64,000 nucleotides of DNA from Octopus vulgaris (GCA_951406725.2 OX597822.1:65224001-65288000), one strand, 5' to 3'; shown: positions 1 through 14,864, counted from the stretch's first letter. The notes: generated by a model from the sequence alone, not told the origin. Translations and numbers: made by a program.

Positions 1-273
1 CGGTGGAATTTGAACTCAGAACGTAGCGGCAGACGAAATACCTATTTCTTTACTGCCCACAAAGGGGTAAACATAGAGAGGACAATCAAGGACAGACAAA
101 CGGATTAAGTCGATTATATCGACCCCAGTGCGTAACTGGTACTTATTTAATCGACCCCAAAACGATGAAAGGCAAAGTCGACCTCGGCGGAATTTGAACT
201 CAGAACGTAGAGGCAGACTAAATACCGCTAAGCATTTCACCCGGCGTGGTAGCGTTTCTGCCAGCTCGGCGCC
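1..273 (-). mobile_element. tRNA-derived SINE, family A (head GGCGGCGAGCTGGCAGAAACG...), multimeric copy cut by the window start
   Basis: Reverse complement has an A-box-like head, a B-box (GAGTTCAAATTCC) and the GCCTTTCATCCTTTCGGGGTCGAT-type body; near-identical sequence recurs more than 10 times in the window. Confidence 0.85.
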
Positions 274-399
274 TTAATCGGAGAAAAATATTGAAAATAC
301 AATACATGTGAAAATGGAGGGTGATTTGGGTTGTGCTAGAAACAGCAGCTAAACATTCCTTGAATTGTTCACCTTTTCCTCTGAAAATATTTACAATTT

Positions 400-873
400 T
401 TCTTTTTTGCCAAAAAGGCTCCTCCCATGGTTTTTAAGTTTCAAAATGTACACAATCGGCCAGGATAGTTATTATTGTAAGGGTTATGGCGTTCCAAACA
501 GCCATAACAACAAAACACTTCTTTAAAAAAATTATACCGGTGCATTAAAAAAATCCTTATTTTATCAAAAATATTTATTTACCAAACTTCGGAAACTTAT
601 AATATTCTTGAAATTCTGCATCGTATCGAAGTTATACAGCTATTTGAGAAACACTGATTTAATCTAAATTTGAGACACCAGCAAAAGACGGATTTCGACT
701 GATGTACTTGCGCGTACAAATTCCCACGGCTTTATCGATCGCATTCTCATCTGGAATCGATATTTGTAAGACTTATACACGCCCTGATACCGTTGGTATC
801 TACATATAAAATTTAAGCACAATCGGATGGAGGATGCCCGAGATTCTAGAAGACACACAGACAGACATAACGG

Positions 874-880
<7 letters not shown>
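400..880 (-). mobile_element. Probable non-autonomous Helitron/Helentron-type fragment (5' end)
   Basis: Minus strand begins ATATATAAAATCCGTTATGTCTGTCTGTGTGTC, the same style of 5' end as the bounded Helitrons at 20457-22274 and 45258-45656; no 3' CTAG end located, left boundary approximate. Confidence 0.35.
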
Positions 881-919
<39 letters not shown>

Positions 920-999
920 ATGTAAGATAAAAAATTTTTCGAAAGAAAAAAATTATATCAATGGCCAGCATATTAAAAAATACCTTTAACGGTTAAAAT

Positions 1000-1335
1000 T
1001 ATAAACAGCTTATAAATAGGGGCAAACGAAAAAATTTCTAATGCCTAATATGCCGAAAATTGGACGTATTGTTCATAACCATATAATTTTTCACAATACG
1101 CACGCTGCTCGAAAAAAAATCCGACGGAAATTTCTAAAAAAATCCATTATTACCATATCGGATCGACTTCAGGGTTAGTTCGTAAGAACACTGAAATCGG
1201 TCCGATATGGTAATAATGGAATTTTTTATTCGAGTAGCGTACGTATTGTGAAAAATTATATGGTTATGGACAATATGTCCAATTTTCGGCATATTACACA
1301 TTAGAAATTATTTCGTTTGCCCCTATTTATAAGTT

Positions 1336-1342
<7 letters not shown>
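1000..1342. repeat. Fold-back (palindromic) element of about 340 bp between two (TA)n tracts
   Basis: Arm 1000-1172 is the reverse complement of 1191-1342 (e.g. TATAAATAGGGGCAAACGAA / TTCGTTTGCCCCTATTTATA), with scattered mismatches and one indel; 18-nt loop. Confidence 0.9.
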
Positions 1343-1401
<59 letters not shown>

Positions 1402-1848
1402 GCATATGTATATATACGACAGGCTTCATTCACTTTCCGTTCAACAAATCCATCCACAAGACATTGCTCCGTCCGAAACTATAGCAGAAAGCCATTTCTT
1501 AAAGTTAAATACTTTGGAACTGCACCGGGAACTATGTGGCTGGGAGCATAGACTGATGTCGTTGCAGACTTTAATTGTATGCATAATTTGCAAATTTCAC
1601 TGTAAAATGATATCACATCTGGTTTTGGTATTTTAAACATCCATTTTCAAACTTTATAATATTACACTCGATATTACTTTACATTATATTATATTGGATG
1701 TTAAGGAATTATTGTAGCATTGAACTGGCGTGTGATAAGAAATAAACGCCTGCGAGGAAATGGTTACCACTGCAAACAATTTTCTTCTGACATGTATCTT
1801 ACCCATGTCAGCAAATACTGGCATGTAGCAAATTATTAGTGTTTTATA

Positions 1849-2455
<607 letters not shown>

Positions 2456-2457
<2 letters not shown>

Positions 2458-2860
2458 CGGGAAGCTTTATGAAAATAAACAAAAAGACGAAGGCAGGTGG
2501 AGTACAAACAAACAATTGTATTAGTATGGCGCTCAGGAATATAAATAAAACAAGTCTTTTACGTTTCGAGCCTACGCTCTTCAACAGAAAGATACACAGA
2601 AAAGAAACACGGAGAGAAACAAGGAGAGAGAAAAAAATGCGTGCAGAAGCTAGCGATTCAACATGGCCATCTGATTCAGGCCAGAAGTCAGAGATCAGAC
2701 GTGAGATCGAAAGTAGGGGAGATAACAGGGTCAAATGACTTCGCCCCAACATAATGGTGCGTGTGTGTATGAGAGAGTATGTAGTACGTGTGAAAGGTCT
2801 GGACGCGTGTATGTATGTATGTATGATGTGATGTGTAATGTCGTATGGTGTAGTGTAGAG
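2456..2860 (-). mobile_element. Penelope-like pseudo-LTR repeat, family P1, with a hammerhead-like motif
   Basis: Near-identical to 63725-64000 and related to the copies at 10230-10420, 31535-31680 and 60592-60745; abuts (TA)n; contains the motif at 2555-2592. Confidence 0.65.
2555..2592 (-). ncRNA. Minimal type-I hammerhead-like motif with variant core CUGUUGA (P1)
   Basis: Minus strand UCUUU-CUGUUGA-A-GAGC-GUAG-GCUC-GAAA-CG-UA-AAAGA: stem I 5 bp, stem II 4 bp, palindromic ACGU stem III, GUA site. Confidence 0.6.
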
Positions 2861-3349
2861 AGAGGAGATAAGGGGGAGAGGGGAGGAGGAGGGGGGATAG
2901 ATGAGGGTGAGGGTGAGAGGGGGAGTAAGGGGGGGAAGGAAAGAGGAGAAGAGGAGGGAGGAGGGAGGAGGGATATAGATATACAAATAAATATATACGT
3001 AAATGTATGTCTGTGTGTATGTGTATATATATATATATATACACTCATATATATGCATGTATGAATACTTCTGTTGTACTTGTTTTTTACTCTCTCTCGT
3101 TCTCGTTTTTCCAAACGTTTCAATCCTTTCTTCATGTTCTTTCTGCTTTCTTTTCGTTTCTTGTTTTCTATAATTTTCTTTTTTTTTTTTGCTATTTTTG
3201 CTTATTAATTTTGAAACTGTATCTTGTAACGTGGTTTCTGTTTTTGTCTTTCTTTATAAATCGTTTTTTTTTTTTTCATATTTTTTATTATTTGCCTGCC
3301 TCAACGGCATTTTTATGTTTTCGTTTCATTGCTTCATCATCACCGACTC

Positions 3350-3610
3350 AACCAGCACCAGCACCAGTACCACTACCACCAGCACCACTACCACCAGCAC
3401 CAGCACCACCAGCACCACCACAAGCACCAGCACCACCACCACCAGCACCAGCACCACCACCACCACCACTACCACCACCACCACGATCGTTATCTTTATC
3501 CGCAACCTTCTTCATTATCTTCGACTTGTTGTTTGTATCATCATACTCATCCTCATCCTTCTCTTCCTCGTCCTCCTCCTCCTCCTCCTTCTTCTCCTCC
3601 TTCTCCACCT
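3350..3610. repeat. (CCA/CCAGCA)n and (TCC)n low-complexity tract
   Basis: Direct reading; generates the Pro-, His-, Thr- and Gly-rich spurious ORFs. Confidence 0.9.
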
Positions 3611-4768
3611 CCTCCTCATTATTATTTAGCATTTTCTTCTTCCTTGTTTACGTTTTTTTTCATGTTTATTTTCATGTTATTATTGTTCAGTTTTGTCACT
3701 TTTCTACTTCTTCATTATATTTTGTTCTTTCTCCTGTTTCTTCGTTTTTTTTCTTCTTCCTCTCCTTTTTTTTTTTATTATTTTCACTCTTGCATTGCCT
3801 TTATGTCATGTTATGCTTAATTCTTCATCTACTTAAGACCAATTTATTTTCCTTCAAATTCCTGCCAAATTTCTTCTCCTTCTTACCCCGCCGTATGAAT
3901 GCCGTGTCTCCTTTCTAGATTAATTATTCTTCACGCTAAACATTCTCGTCTTTAATTATCCTTGAAAACAAAACAAAGGAATGAAACCAGTAAAACAAAA
4001 CACACAATTAAAAATAATAAAACAGAAATCTCTCCCCCACCCCCACCCCTACACACAAATACATACAATGATACACAAACATACAAACATTAAAAAATTC
4101 AACAAAGACGCCAAACCAGAAAAACAACAAAATACTGGCCGCTTTTCAAACAGAAGATACTATGGTAACCACAAAGAATCTTTTCTGTCAAAGATATCTT
4201 CGTAAATAAAGATCAGAGAGATAAGAATACGGCAAAATCCGAACCCATATCTTTAAGACCCTTGTAGGATTGTAAAAGAAGGTCAAAAATAAAGACAAAA
4301 GAAAAAAACAAGTGGGGAATTTTGAATAACAATAATTTTTCAGTTTTGGCATATCGCCATATATTTTAGAAGAAGGGCATCTTCGTTTAATTCGACCTTT
4401 CTTCTCGTTTAGTACATTTTTATCGACCCCAGAAAGATGAAAGTCACACGCGATGTTTAAAGGATTTGATCGAAGAACGTAAAGGGAGTTAATTAAAACG
4501 AAAAAAACAACATTGTTTTGTATTTTGCGGAACACTTTTCTTCTGCTGTCACACACAACAGCATAAGCGGAGACAAAAGCTTTTTTTTTTCTTTTTTGCG
4601 GAAAACAAAGAATAAAAATGACTTTTAGCTTATTGCGAGTAAATCAAACCAATATGTCAAATCTATTCTAAGAAGACGGACATTATTTGAAGCTAAAAAT
4701 TACAAACATCAATGCAAGGTATCGACTCTGAAATCCAAGATTTGCAATAAAACTGAACGGCACCTGCA

Positions 4769-5207
<439 letters not shown>

Positions 5208-5740
5208 GTGGCTCTCATGGCTTCTGATCTTAACTGATTGGAAGTGTTATCATGTACATTGTTTTGTCTTGGTATAAAAGATGGGCTACAGCAAATATTC
5301 TGCTCAATACCACAGATTTGCTTGTCAGTTGTTTGACCATAACCAGTTGAACATGTCCCTTAGTGGCTGACGATATGTGCATCTCTGATCACGAGCAGAA
5401 GTAGTGGGGGAGCATCATAGCCATGTGTTGAGAGGGATTCTTTGGGGTTTGAATAATTCACCTCTGGAAACATGGGTGGTTCTTTCAACATCCTTAAACA
5501 ACCCTTATTCAGGGACCTTTTGAGCGGGATGGGCTACTCAACCTGAAGAAAATTCTAACTGGGCCCCACCTGCAAGGTCATGTGCTGTTTATCTTAATAT
5601 GAGATCACCATGTCGCGCACATATGGTTGTGATGCATGTGCCTGGTGTACCCTTATCAGACGGGTAGTCATGATGGGTATATTGGGCTTCGTATATTTTA
5701 CCCCAGTGTCACTTTGATGGCATGCACTGCTCTCTCACTC
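5208..5740 (+). mobile_element. 5'-truncated retroposon 3' end with (AAT)n tail, inserted in an AAT array
   Basis: Its last ~150 bp recur at 39090-39238, again ending CTCTCTCACTC(AAT)n and embedded in (AAT)n; variable 5' end and fixed 3' end are typical of LINE/SINE insertions. Confidence 0.7.
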
Positions 5741-5764
5741 AATAATAATAATAATAATAATGAT

Positions 5765-5952
5765 ACTTTCTGCTATAGGCTCAAAGTCTGAAATTTCAAG
5801 GGAGAGGACTAGTCGATTACATCGACCCCAGTGCTTCACTGGTACTTAATTCATCGAACCCGAAATGCAAATTTGAACCCAGAGCGTAACAACGGGCGAA
5901 TTACCACTAGGCATTTCGCCCGGCATGCTAACAATTCTGCCAGCTCGCCGTC
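5765..5952 (-). mobile_element. SINE family A, degenerate monomer
   Basis: Matches family A head and body with an internal deletion. Confidence 0.7.
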
Positions 5953-5973
5953 CTAATGATGTTGTTGATGATG

Positions 5974-6037
<64 letters not shown>

Positions 6038-6379
6038 TGATTATTATGATGATTTCTTCGACTAGCCACATGAGCATGGATGAAGGGAACATCTCAAGAA
6101 CAGTCTACAATATGTGTGGAGATTTATATAAAAAATGAAGAGAAAGAACTGGAAAAGACGGTGAAATGCGACAGAATTATACACAGTATACAAAGTATGT
6201 GATAACATGAGTGATGCAGTCTTCCTGATACGCGTGATGCAGTCTTCCTGATACGAGTGATGCAGTCTTCCTGAATTCTACGAGTTCAAGATTACCCTGA
6301 CCAGCAAAGGCATGAGCCCTCATCCAAATATGGTTCTCCAATCTGCAAGCGCATGCTTAGAACTGGGCCATACAAAGTA

Positions 6380-6885
6380 CCGTAAATCCTCGAGTATAGT
6401 CCGCCCTTGTGTATAATACGCATGGGATTTTTAGGGGTCTATACCTCTTAAAAACCTAAACCTTGTATACGCACCTCTTCTCTAACTTGAGTCAAGGAGG
6501 TCTATATAACGTCCTTGGTTTGTAAAACTGTATAAGGTAACGTCCTTTATTATTATTGTATATATAACAATGCAAGCGTGTAGCTTTTTTGTGCATTCTG
6601 TTTGCAGAAAATAAAGAAATAACAGTAATAACATTTAATAAATGTTGCTTAGTGCAAGTTATGGATGATTCTTTCATGCCTTCATTGCTTTGAGGCGTAG
6701 CTTAAGGTATTTTCGCGTCTGGCATCACAAAATACGTCTGAATAAAGATTGCCGGACATCAAATAGAGACTCGGACATTGCTTAGAAAATAATTTTCATT
6801 TTTAACTTTATATATAGTACGCACTAGGGATTTTGACCTTTCAATTTTTGGGAAAAAAATGCGGATTATACTCGAGGATTTACGG
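6380..6885. mobile_element. Tc1/mariner-superfamily-type MITE, 506 bp, TA target duplication
   Basis: TIRs CCGTAAATCCTCGAGTATA / TATACTCGAGGATTTACGG flanked by TA; the empty site TACAAAGTATGTGATAAC is visible in the adjacent tandem duplicate at ~6189. Confidence 0.9.
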
Positions 6886-7305
6886 TATGTGATAACATGA
6901 GTGATGTAATCTTTCTTATACATGAGATGCTTCAACTAGGGTCAAATAAGGAACTCTACGGGTTCAGGATTACCCTGACCAGCAAAAGCATGAGCCCTCT
7001 TCCAAATATGGTTCTCCAATCTGCAAGCGCATGCTTAGAACTGGGCCATTGTTCTAACCATTTTTACCAGTTACTCATTTTCTCACAAATTCATCTGGAG
7101 GTAGCACTTCCCTCTCCACCCTCAGTTTCCTCTCCACTCTCACTTCCGTCTTCACGCTCACTTCCGTCTCCACCTTCACTTCCCTGGAACTAAAAAAGCT
7201 AAAATACGCCGATGAGGGCTTGACCGAAGAGGAAAGTACCTTCCCTCAATCCTTTCAGCGTCGACCACTATTTTTCAACCTCTTTCACTGTTGCCATTAG
7301 ACAGA

Positions 7306-7858
7306 GGGGATCTTTACCTTTTGACCTACAGATTTAAAAAATAATGTTTTGTAACTGAACACTTTCAAACTTCGGACACTGGTAGAATGTGTCATATAAA
7401 ACACATTTTTTAATCTTAGCGTTTTTGAAAAAAACTTACATTTACGAAGTTATTTCACGTTAAAGTTGTCGTGTATTCAGCTGAATGACGTGTATTCAGC
7501 TGAATAAAATTACTGCCGTTGTTTGTCAACAACTATCAGCGGTGTATTTTTCGTTTGTCACTGTTACTTATGACATCATTCGTGTGTTTGCACTGGTTTT
7601 AGCTTTAAAGTTTTAGGGTTAGGGTTAGGGTTTTAGGGTTAGGGTTGTATGGTTAGGGTTAGGGTTTTAGGGTTAGGGCTAGGGTTTTAGGGTTAGGGTT
7701 GTCATAAGTAACAGTGTCAAACGAAATATACACCACCGGAAGTTCTTGTTGACAAACAACTGCAGTAATTTTATTCAGCTGAATACAGGTCATTGATTGG
7801 TTGAAATTACCGAAATACAACTTTAACGTGAAATTACATTATCAAATGTTACGTTCCC
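7306..7858. mobile_element. Fold-back MITE-like element with an internal TTAGGG array (~7612-7700)
   Basis: Inverted arms 7490-7575 / 7700-7787 and 7452-7469 / 7818-7835; shares an ATTGGTTGAAATT motif and a GGATCTTT start with the element at 26969-27394; outer ends approximate. Confidence 0.7.
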
Positions 7859-9142
7859 TTACTTACATCGGTAAGGCGTTATTTGAGAATGGAAGAAATG
7901 GAGTGAGAAATTGAAAGCGTAATAAAGAAAGAGAGAGAGAGAGAAGGCGAGGAAAAATTGGCTGTTTCTTTTTGGTGAAGAAAGTTTCCGCATGGATATC
8001 CTCTCACTGGCTCATATATTTACAAGTAGGGAAACTACTAAGGCGAAACATTTACAGAAGGTGATTTAAATATAAGAAAAATGTTACAGAAGTGTTAAAC
8101 ATATTAACAAGCGAGCGAAATTTCGGACTCAAGAGGAGTAATTTCGGAAGGATCGGAGATAAAAAAAAAGCTTGGAAAAGTTACTTAGGATACCATCAAC
8201 TTATTCTGCATCGGCTATTATAAAAATGATATTTATATCAACAACACACGAACGGAGAAAGTGTTTGATATAAGTAGATATCTATTAGAATGTTTGTTCG
8301 GTTTGTCTAATAATTGCTTAGATACAAGAAAATGTAGACTGATAGTTATAACACAATATGAAGAAAACAGTACAACCAAGCTTAGTTTGTGTTTAGATAT
8401 ATAATAAGCTAAGAAATAGAGGGAAAACACTTTGTTTTGGAAGGAAGATAAATTGGAAAAACAACTCCAGAGAATGTTCAGCAAAAAAAAAAAAAAAAAA
8501 ATGAAGAAGTAAAACTTGTGTATAGGCAGAAACTTGCAAGATTGGTTATGAACCGAAATGAAATAACATGAAAGTCAGCAAAGTTCTGGAGAGAAAACAG
8601 TATAATCAATCTGTAGCTAAGACACGTGTTAAACATGTGGGGGGAACGCAATTTTCTTATTCTTATATCGTTATGTTTTGGCAGTTATTTTCCTCATTTG
8701 AGAAAGGTAGTAGAAAGGTTTGTTGTAGCCATTTTAATTACTGTGAAAGTTGGCTGGCTTAGTATTTAGGGGTGTTAAAATTATTATCTGAAGATTATGG
8801 TTCCGATTTCTGAACCAAGCGATCCAGTGTATCCTTGAAAAAAGTGTTTTATGTTACGTTGCTCCAGTCCACTCATCGATTGGCAAAAAATGGGTACTTC
8901 TGCGACGGATTAGCGTCCGTTGAACGCTAGAGTATATTCGTCGCAGGATCCTTGAAATCTGTTTTATGAGCCTACGGCTCGGGAAGAACCTTTGATTTTT
9001 AGTGACGAAATTTTGTCAAGAAAAATTCGACCATCAATGGAAAATTACTGCACGAAGGGAAACAACATTGCAGCGGATATAAAAATTAAATCACTTCGAT
9101 AGATAAATGCTGTAATAAATCAAGAATTTCACAAGAACGAAT

Positions 9143-9399
9143 CTTTTAATCTTTTAATCTTTTAATCTTTTACTTGTTACAGTCATTTGACTGCGGCTAT
9201 GCTAGAGCACCGCCTTTAGTCGAGCGAATCGAACCCGGTACTTATTTTTTGTAACCCTAGTACTTATTCTATCGGTCTCTTTGGCCGAACTGCTAAGTGA
9301 CAGGGATATAAACAAACCAGCATCGGTTGTCAAGTAATGCTAGCGGGACAAACACAGACACACAAACATACACACACACATACACACACACACACACAC

Positions 9400-9469
<70 letters not shown>

Positions 9470-9630
9470 TATACATATATACGACGGGCTTCTTTCAGTT
9501 TCCGTCTACCATATCCACTCACAAGGCTTTAGTCGGCCCGAGGCTATGGTAGCAGGTGCTACGTAGAGGGACTGAACCCGGAACCATGTGGTTGGTAAGC
9601 AAGCTACTTACCACACAGCCACTCCTACAC
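9143..9630 (-). mobile_element. tRNA-derived SINE family B (GGAGTGGCTGTGTGGTAAG head, internal TA/CA microsatellite, TAAAAGA-repeat tail)
   Basis: A/B-box-like head and a two-part body split by a microsatellite; more than 10 copies in the window. Confidence 0.85.
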
Positions 9631-9642
9631 CTATGTATATAA

Positions 9643-9673
<31 letters not shown>

Positions 9674-10162
9674 TGTATGTATGTATGTATGTATGTATGT
9701 ATGTATGTATGTGCGTACGTATATATATATATCACGTTCACGAGGACAGATTGAAAATGTAGAAGATATATATATTAAAATGAAGTTTGTTCTTTTATAA
9801 TTTATTCTATTTCCATTTTCTGTTTGACGTTTTATTTATCGATTATATATTTATATTAGCATGTAGTAACGATAATAATTTAAGTCTCTCATAACTGCCT
9901 CACCCCGAAATGTCTCAAAATTTCTTGAATGCACTATTTACTTAAGCAAATCTTAAAATGTCTATTTGTTTGTCTACATAAACATACACATGCACAAATG
10001 TGACTGTTTGTATGCTTTAATGCAAGTGTGTATATGTGTGTGTATGTGTGTGCATGTGTGTGTATTTCTGCCCATATACCTACCTACCTACCTACCTACC
10101 TACCTACCTACCTACCTACCTACCTACCTATCTCTCTCTCTCTTATTCCCACTTTCTATTAT

Positions 10163-10201
<39 letters not shown>

Positions 10202-10320
10202 GTATATATATATATATATATATGTGGGGGATGGGGGAATTCACAAAACACAAAAGACGAAGACAGGTTGTGTAGGCAACAAACAGATGTATTAGTTTAA
10301 CGCTTGGGAAGTGAAAAGGT

Positions 10321-10356
10321 CTTTAACGTTTCGAGCCTACACTCTTCCACAGAAAG
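10321..10356 (-). ncRNA. Minimal hammerhead-like motif with variant core CUGUGGA (P1 copy, ~10230-10420)
   Basis: CUUU-CUGUGGA-A-GAGU-GUAG-GCUC-GAAA-CG-UU-AAAG; the stem II change is a tolerated U-G wobble. Confidence 0.55.
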
Positions 10357-10857
10357 GAACACAGAAAGAAACAAGGAGAGAAAATAAAGAATGTGTACTG
10401 GTTAGCGATCTATCATGGCGAATCTATCATACACACACACACACACGCGCGCGCACAATATATATATATATATATGCATGTGTGTCATATGTGTGTGTGT
10501 TTGTGTGCGTATACTCACGCATACACACATATGTTACGCTCTTTACATATCATGCGATTTATTAAAATGATGTTGGTATGTCATTAAATGTCTAATGTCC
10601 CAATTGGAATATAAACTTTGAATGCCACCGGAGGTCACTTTCTTTCGCTCTCTCTCTCCTCTCCCTTTCTCACTTTCCCACAGTCATGCCAAAAGGAAAA
10701 AAATAGCGGATACATAGATCTACATAGGCATACACTTACACACGCTAATACGTATGATACATAGATATACACATTAGCTGTCATATATCTTTCAAAATTT
10801 ATTATTCATATTTAATCGTGAATACAGCTCGTGTAATTAATATAAGATTAACATATA

Positions 10858-10897
<40 letters not shown>

Positions 10898-11017
10898 TGT
10901 CTGTCTCTCGCTCTCTCTTTCTCTTTCTTTCTTTCTTTCTTTCTCTCTGTATATATATATATATGCCTGTCTATCTGCTCGTTTATCTACTCATCCCTCT
11001 ACATTTCTCTCCCTCCC

Positions 11018-11113
<96 letters not shown>

Positions 11114-11168
11114 GCCATCCATCCGTCCAGTCATCCGTCCATTCATCCATCCATCTCTCCCTCTCTCC

Positions 11169-11239
<71 letters not shown>

Positions 11240-11364
11240 AATACACACACACACACACACACACATACATACACACGCACAATGTAAGCGTACAATCACA
11301 CAGGCACAGACGCATTTATAATCACTTGGGTATATAACTGTGCGGTAATTGTGTGTTCCCATAG

Positions 11365-11398
<34 letters not shown>

Positions 11399-11425
11399 TA
11401 TACGCACATATATAAATATATGTTT

Positions 11426-11474
<49 letters not shown>

Positions 11475-11497
11475 TATACGCACATATATAAATATAT

Positions 11498-11563
<66 letters not shown>

Positions 11564-12152
11564 TACACTGTAATCTTACTGTCATTCTTTCCATATCTCC
11601 TTTTGCCGCTTCCTATGGACCAACGGAAACTAGCCTTCTTTGACCATTTTCCATGTGTATGCCTATGTATATATTCCCGTCTAAGTAGGTGCAAATATAT
11701 ATGAATATATGTGTGTACCTGCGTATGTGTTTCTGTATTTATGCTCGCATGCGTGCGAATGTATTACTGAGACTGTATACGGTGTTGAAATTTGCCGTTG
11801 AATGAGACAATTGAGCACAGGCAGAAACGAAAATCGGTGATATTGACCGACTGCTAAGATTAATTATATGACATTTCTGAAAATGAAAATGTAATTTCAT
11901 ACTCAACCCGTTCTACGCACAATTTCTTAAGAAATTCACGTTAAGAAAAATATAAATAAAGAAAGAAGTAGATAAAATTAAAAAATAAAGCTAACATAAA
12001 ATATCGAAATATACAAACAGACAAACAAACAAACAAAAATACACTTGTGCATATAACAGAAAATATGACAATTAATTTGGGGACGTATTATTAGTTTTAG
12101 CATTGGCAGTAATGACACGATAATCTTTCCTCATTTTTACGATAGTTCTACT

Positions 12153-12154
12153 TC

Positions 12155-12215
<61 letters not shown>

Positions 12216-12526
12216 CCATCATCTTCTTCTTCTTCTTCTTCTTCTTCTTCTTCTTCTTTTTCTTCTTCTTCTCGTCGTCGACGTCGTCGTCATCATCGTC
12301 ATCATCATTATTGTCATCATAATCATCATCATCATCATCATCATTATTATTATTATCATTATTATTATTATTATTATTGCCATCATCATCATAATCATCA
12401 TCATCATCATCATCATCGTCATCATCATTATTGTCATCATCATCATCATCATCATTATCATCATCATCATCATCATCATTATCATCATTATTATTATCAT
12501 CATCATTATTATTATTATTATTGTTA

Positions 12527-12597
<71 letters not shown>

Positions 12598-12840
12598 GTT
12601 GTTATTATGACGATTACGATCATGATACGATCATGGGGGCAGTGGTGACAATGATGATGATGATGATGATGATGAAGTCGGTTATGACGAGGATAATTTT
12701 GAAGGTGAAGATAGTGGTACTATTAATGATTGTGACGGTGACCCTTCTCCACTCCCTCCTCCCCATTATCATCATCATCAGCATCATCATCATTATCATC
12801 ATCATCATCATCATCATCACCATCATCATCATCAACAACC
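12153..12840. repeat. Compound (CAT)n/(CTT)n/(ATT)n microsatellite
   Basis: Direct reading. Confidence 0.95.
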
Positions 12841-13517
12841 AGAAGGGCATGAGTTATTGTCATCTTCATCATTGCGATCATCATCATGGATATCATTTAT
12901 TTATTTTTTTTTTTGCAACAACAAAATGACGACAAAATGACATTATTATATGACAGAAAAAATTAAATAAAATAGAATATTAATATTTAAGTTTAGAATA
13001 TTCCAGAACCGAATATTGATAGAATAAAAAAATGTATTTAAAAAAAAAAAGGCTGAAAATGAAACACAAGTAGAAAGACCATTTTTAATTCCAATGTGTA
13101 TTTAAATTGAAATTCTGTGAATGGCCTTTGTCCTAGCAAGGGAAGTAAATTTTAAATGTCGTGGAAAATATTACAATAAGGTCAGTGAGTTTATTTCAGA
13201 TCCATGTGATAAAACTGACAAAAATACAATGGAGTAAACTCGGAATTAACCAGAAAATTACACCGAAATCTCATCTCATGGATATGTTAACATTTTCAGA
13301 ATTCCAAATGAATGCATTAAACTATAGTTAAGTTGAATTAGCACTTGAGCATACGAGCACGCATACAGCGCGGGCGCGCGCGCACACACACACACACACG
13401 CACTCATGCACGAACGCACACATACACACATACACACGCATGCAAACATGCACACACAACTCAGATCCATATACACACAGCCATTCACATTGCAGGCTGG
13501 ACGGACATTCACAAACT

Positions 13518-13562
<45 letters not shown>

Positions 13563-13723
13563 GCACACTCATATATATATACATATCTATATGCGCATGC
13601 ATATATACGTACATATATATATTTATGTGTATGTATATATATATACATACACACGCACATTCATACATATATATGCATAATTTAAAGTAAAAATGGGGGG
13701 CAAACAATATGTGCGTGTGCGTA

Positions 13724-13761
<38 letters not shown>

Positions 13762-14339
13762 TATATGCACCCAGAGCCATACGAATGCACTCATATATAC
13801 CACTCACATGTTCAACCCACGCATGTACCCAACCATACAACTAAACACTCATACAAATCCATACGATTTCGCACAAACGCATTGATGAAATTCCACACGA
13901 ACCCACACACAGATACGCAGACAGACTACACACATACATAGATACATACACGCATAGAGAGATCTAGAGCGTATAATACGTTCTCACAGTCAACCACACA
14001 CGTCATCTCCTTCATAAAACCTGGAAAAAAATAAACCAAAATTGAGTTTTTAATAAAGTATAAGAGGGAATGCCAAATTACGTGAGAATAAATAACCGAT
14101 AATTACGTAAGAATCTTTTCAGTGAGTGTCATAATTAATCTCTATACGGCAGGGTTTCATTTATATTCAATGATGTAGTGAGCTGAAAAACTTCCATCTC
14201 ATCAACTGAGATTATTCACTAGGCAAAGTCTTCTACTCGCTTACTTGTATTTTTACTATGCGTCATAAAATAATGCGAAAAAAGATCATCGTGCTATGTA
14301 CAATATTGTACAGAATCAATGTCGCTACATACCACATAT

Positions 14340-14570
14340 TTATTTCTTTATTACCCACAAGGGTCTAAACACAGAGGGGACAAACAAGGACAGACAAAGG
14401 GATTAAGTCGATTACATCGATCCCAGTGTGTAACTGGTACTTAATTTATCGACCCCGAAAGGATGAAAGGCAAAGTCAACCTCCGCGGATTTGAACCCAG
14501 AACGTAACGGCAGACGAAATACGGCTACGCATTTCACCGGGCGTGCTAACGTTTCTGCCAGCTCACTGCC
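14340..14570 (-). mobile_element. SINE family A monomer
   Basis: Head plus one body unit ending in the AAGAAAT tail. Confidence 0.85.
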
Positions 14571-14864
14571 TTCATATTTCTATATAGATATTCATCCCTT
14601 CTACATTTACTAATTGAGAAGGATACGCTTCTCTGAAGAGTGCCTGTAATGCCGAACCGTGTCTTTTGCTTTCACTAGGCTATGTCCACCTCACTCAGTA
14701 TTGTATGGGTCAAATCACAACGGTTAGATGGGAATTGTTGGAACTACATCGGATGGAGTTTACTTGCAAACCAAACGGCCATATTTTGCCAATTGATTAA
14801 AATAACATCACAGTAGCATACTCAATGCCCACACTATTTTATAATCAGTGGTGAATATGCTGCT

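Noticed and set aside
3007-3918. 303-aa ORF with a Pro-rich core, and overlapping His-, Thr- and Gly-rich ORFs
   Set aside because: Built from CCA, TCC and T-rich low-complexity sequence; no domain or splice support.
7612-7700. True telomere or chromosome-fusion scar
   Set aside because: Short, degenerate, single orientation and enclosed in the inverted arms of a MITE-like element.
7880-8560. Faint LINE C-terminal motifs (KLEKQLQRMF, LVYRQKL)
   Set aside because: Too decayed to support without a translated search.
14625-14670. CTGAAGAG...CGAACC as a hammerhead
   Set aside because: GAAA is broken and stem I does not pair.
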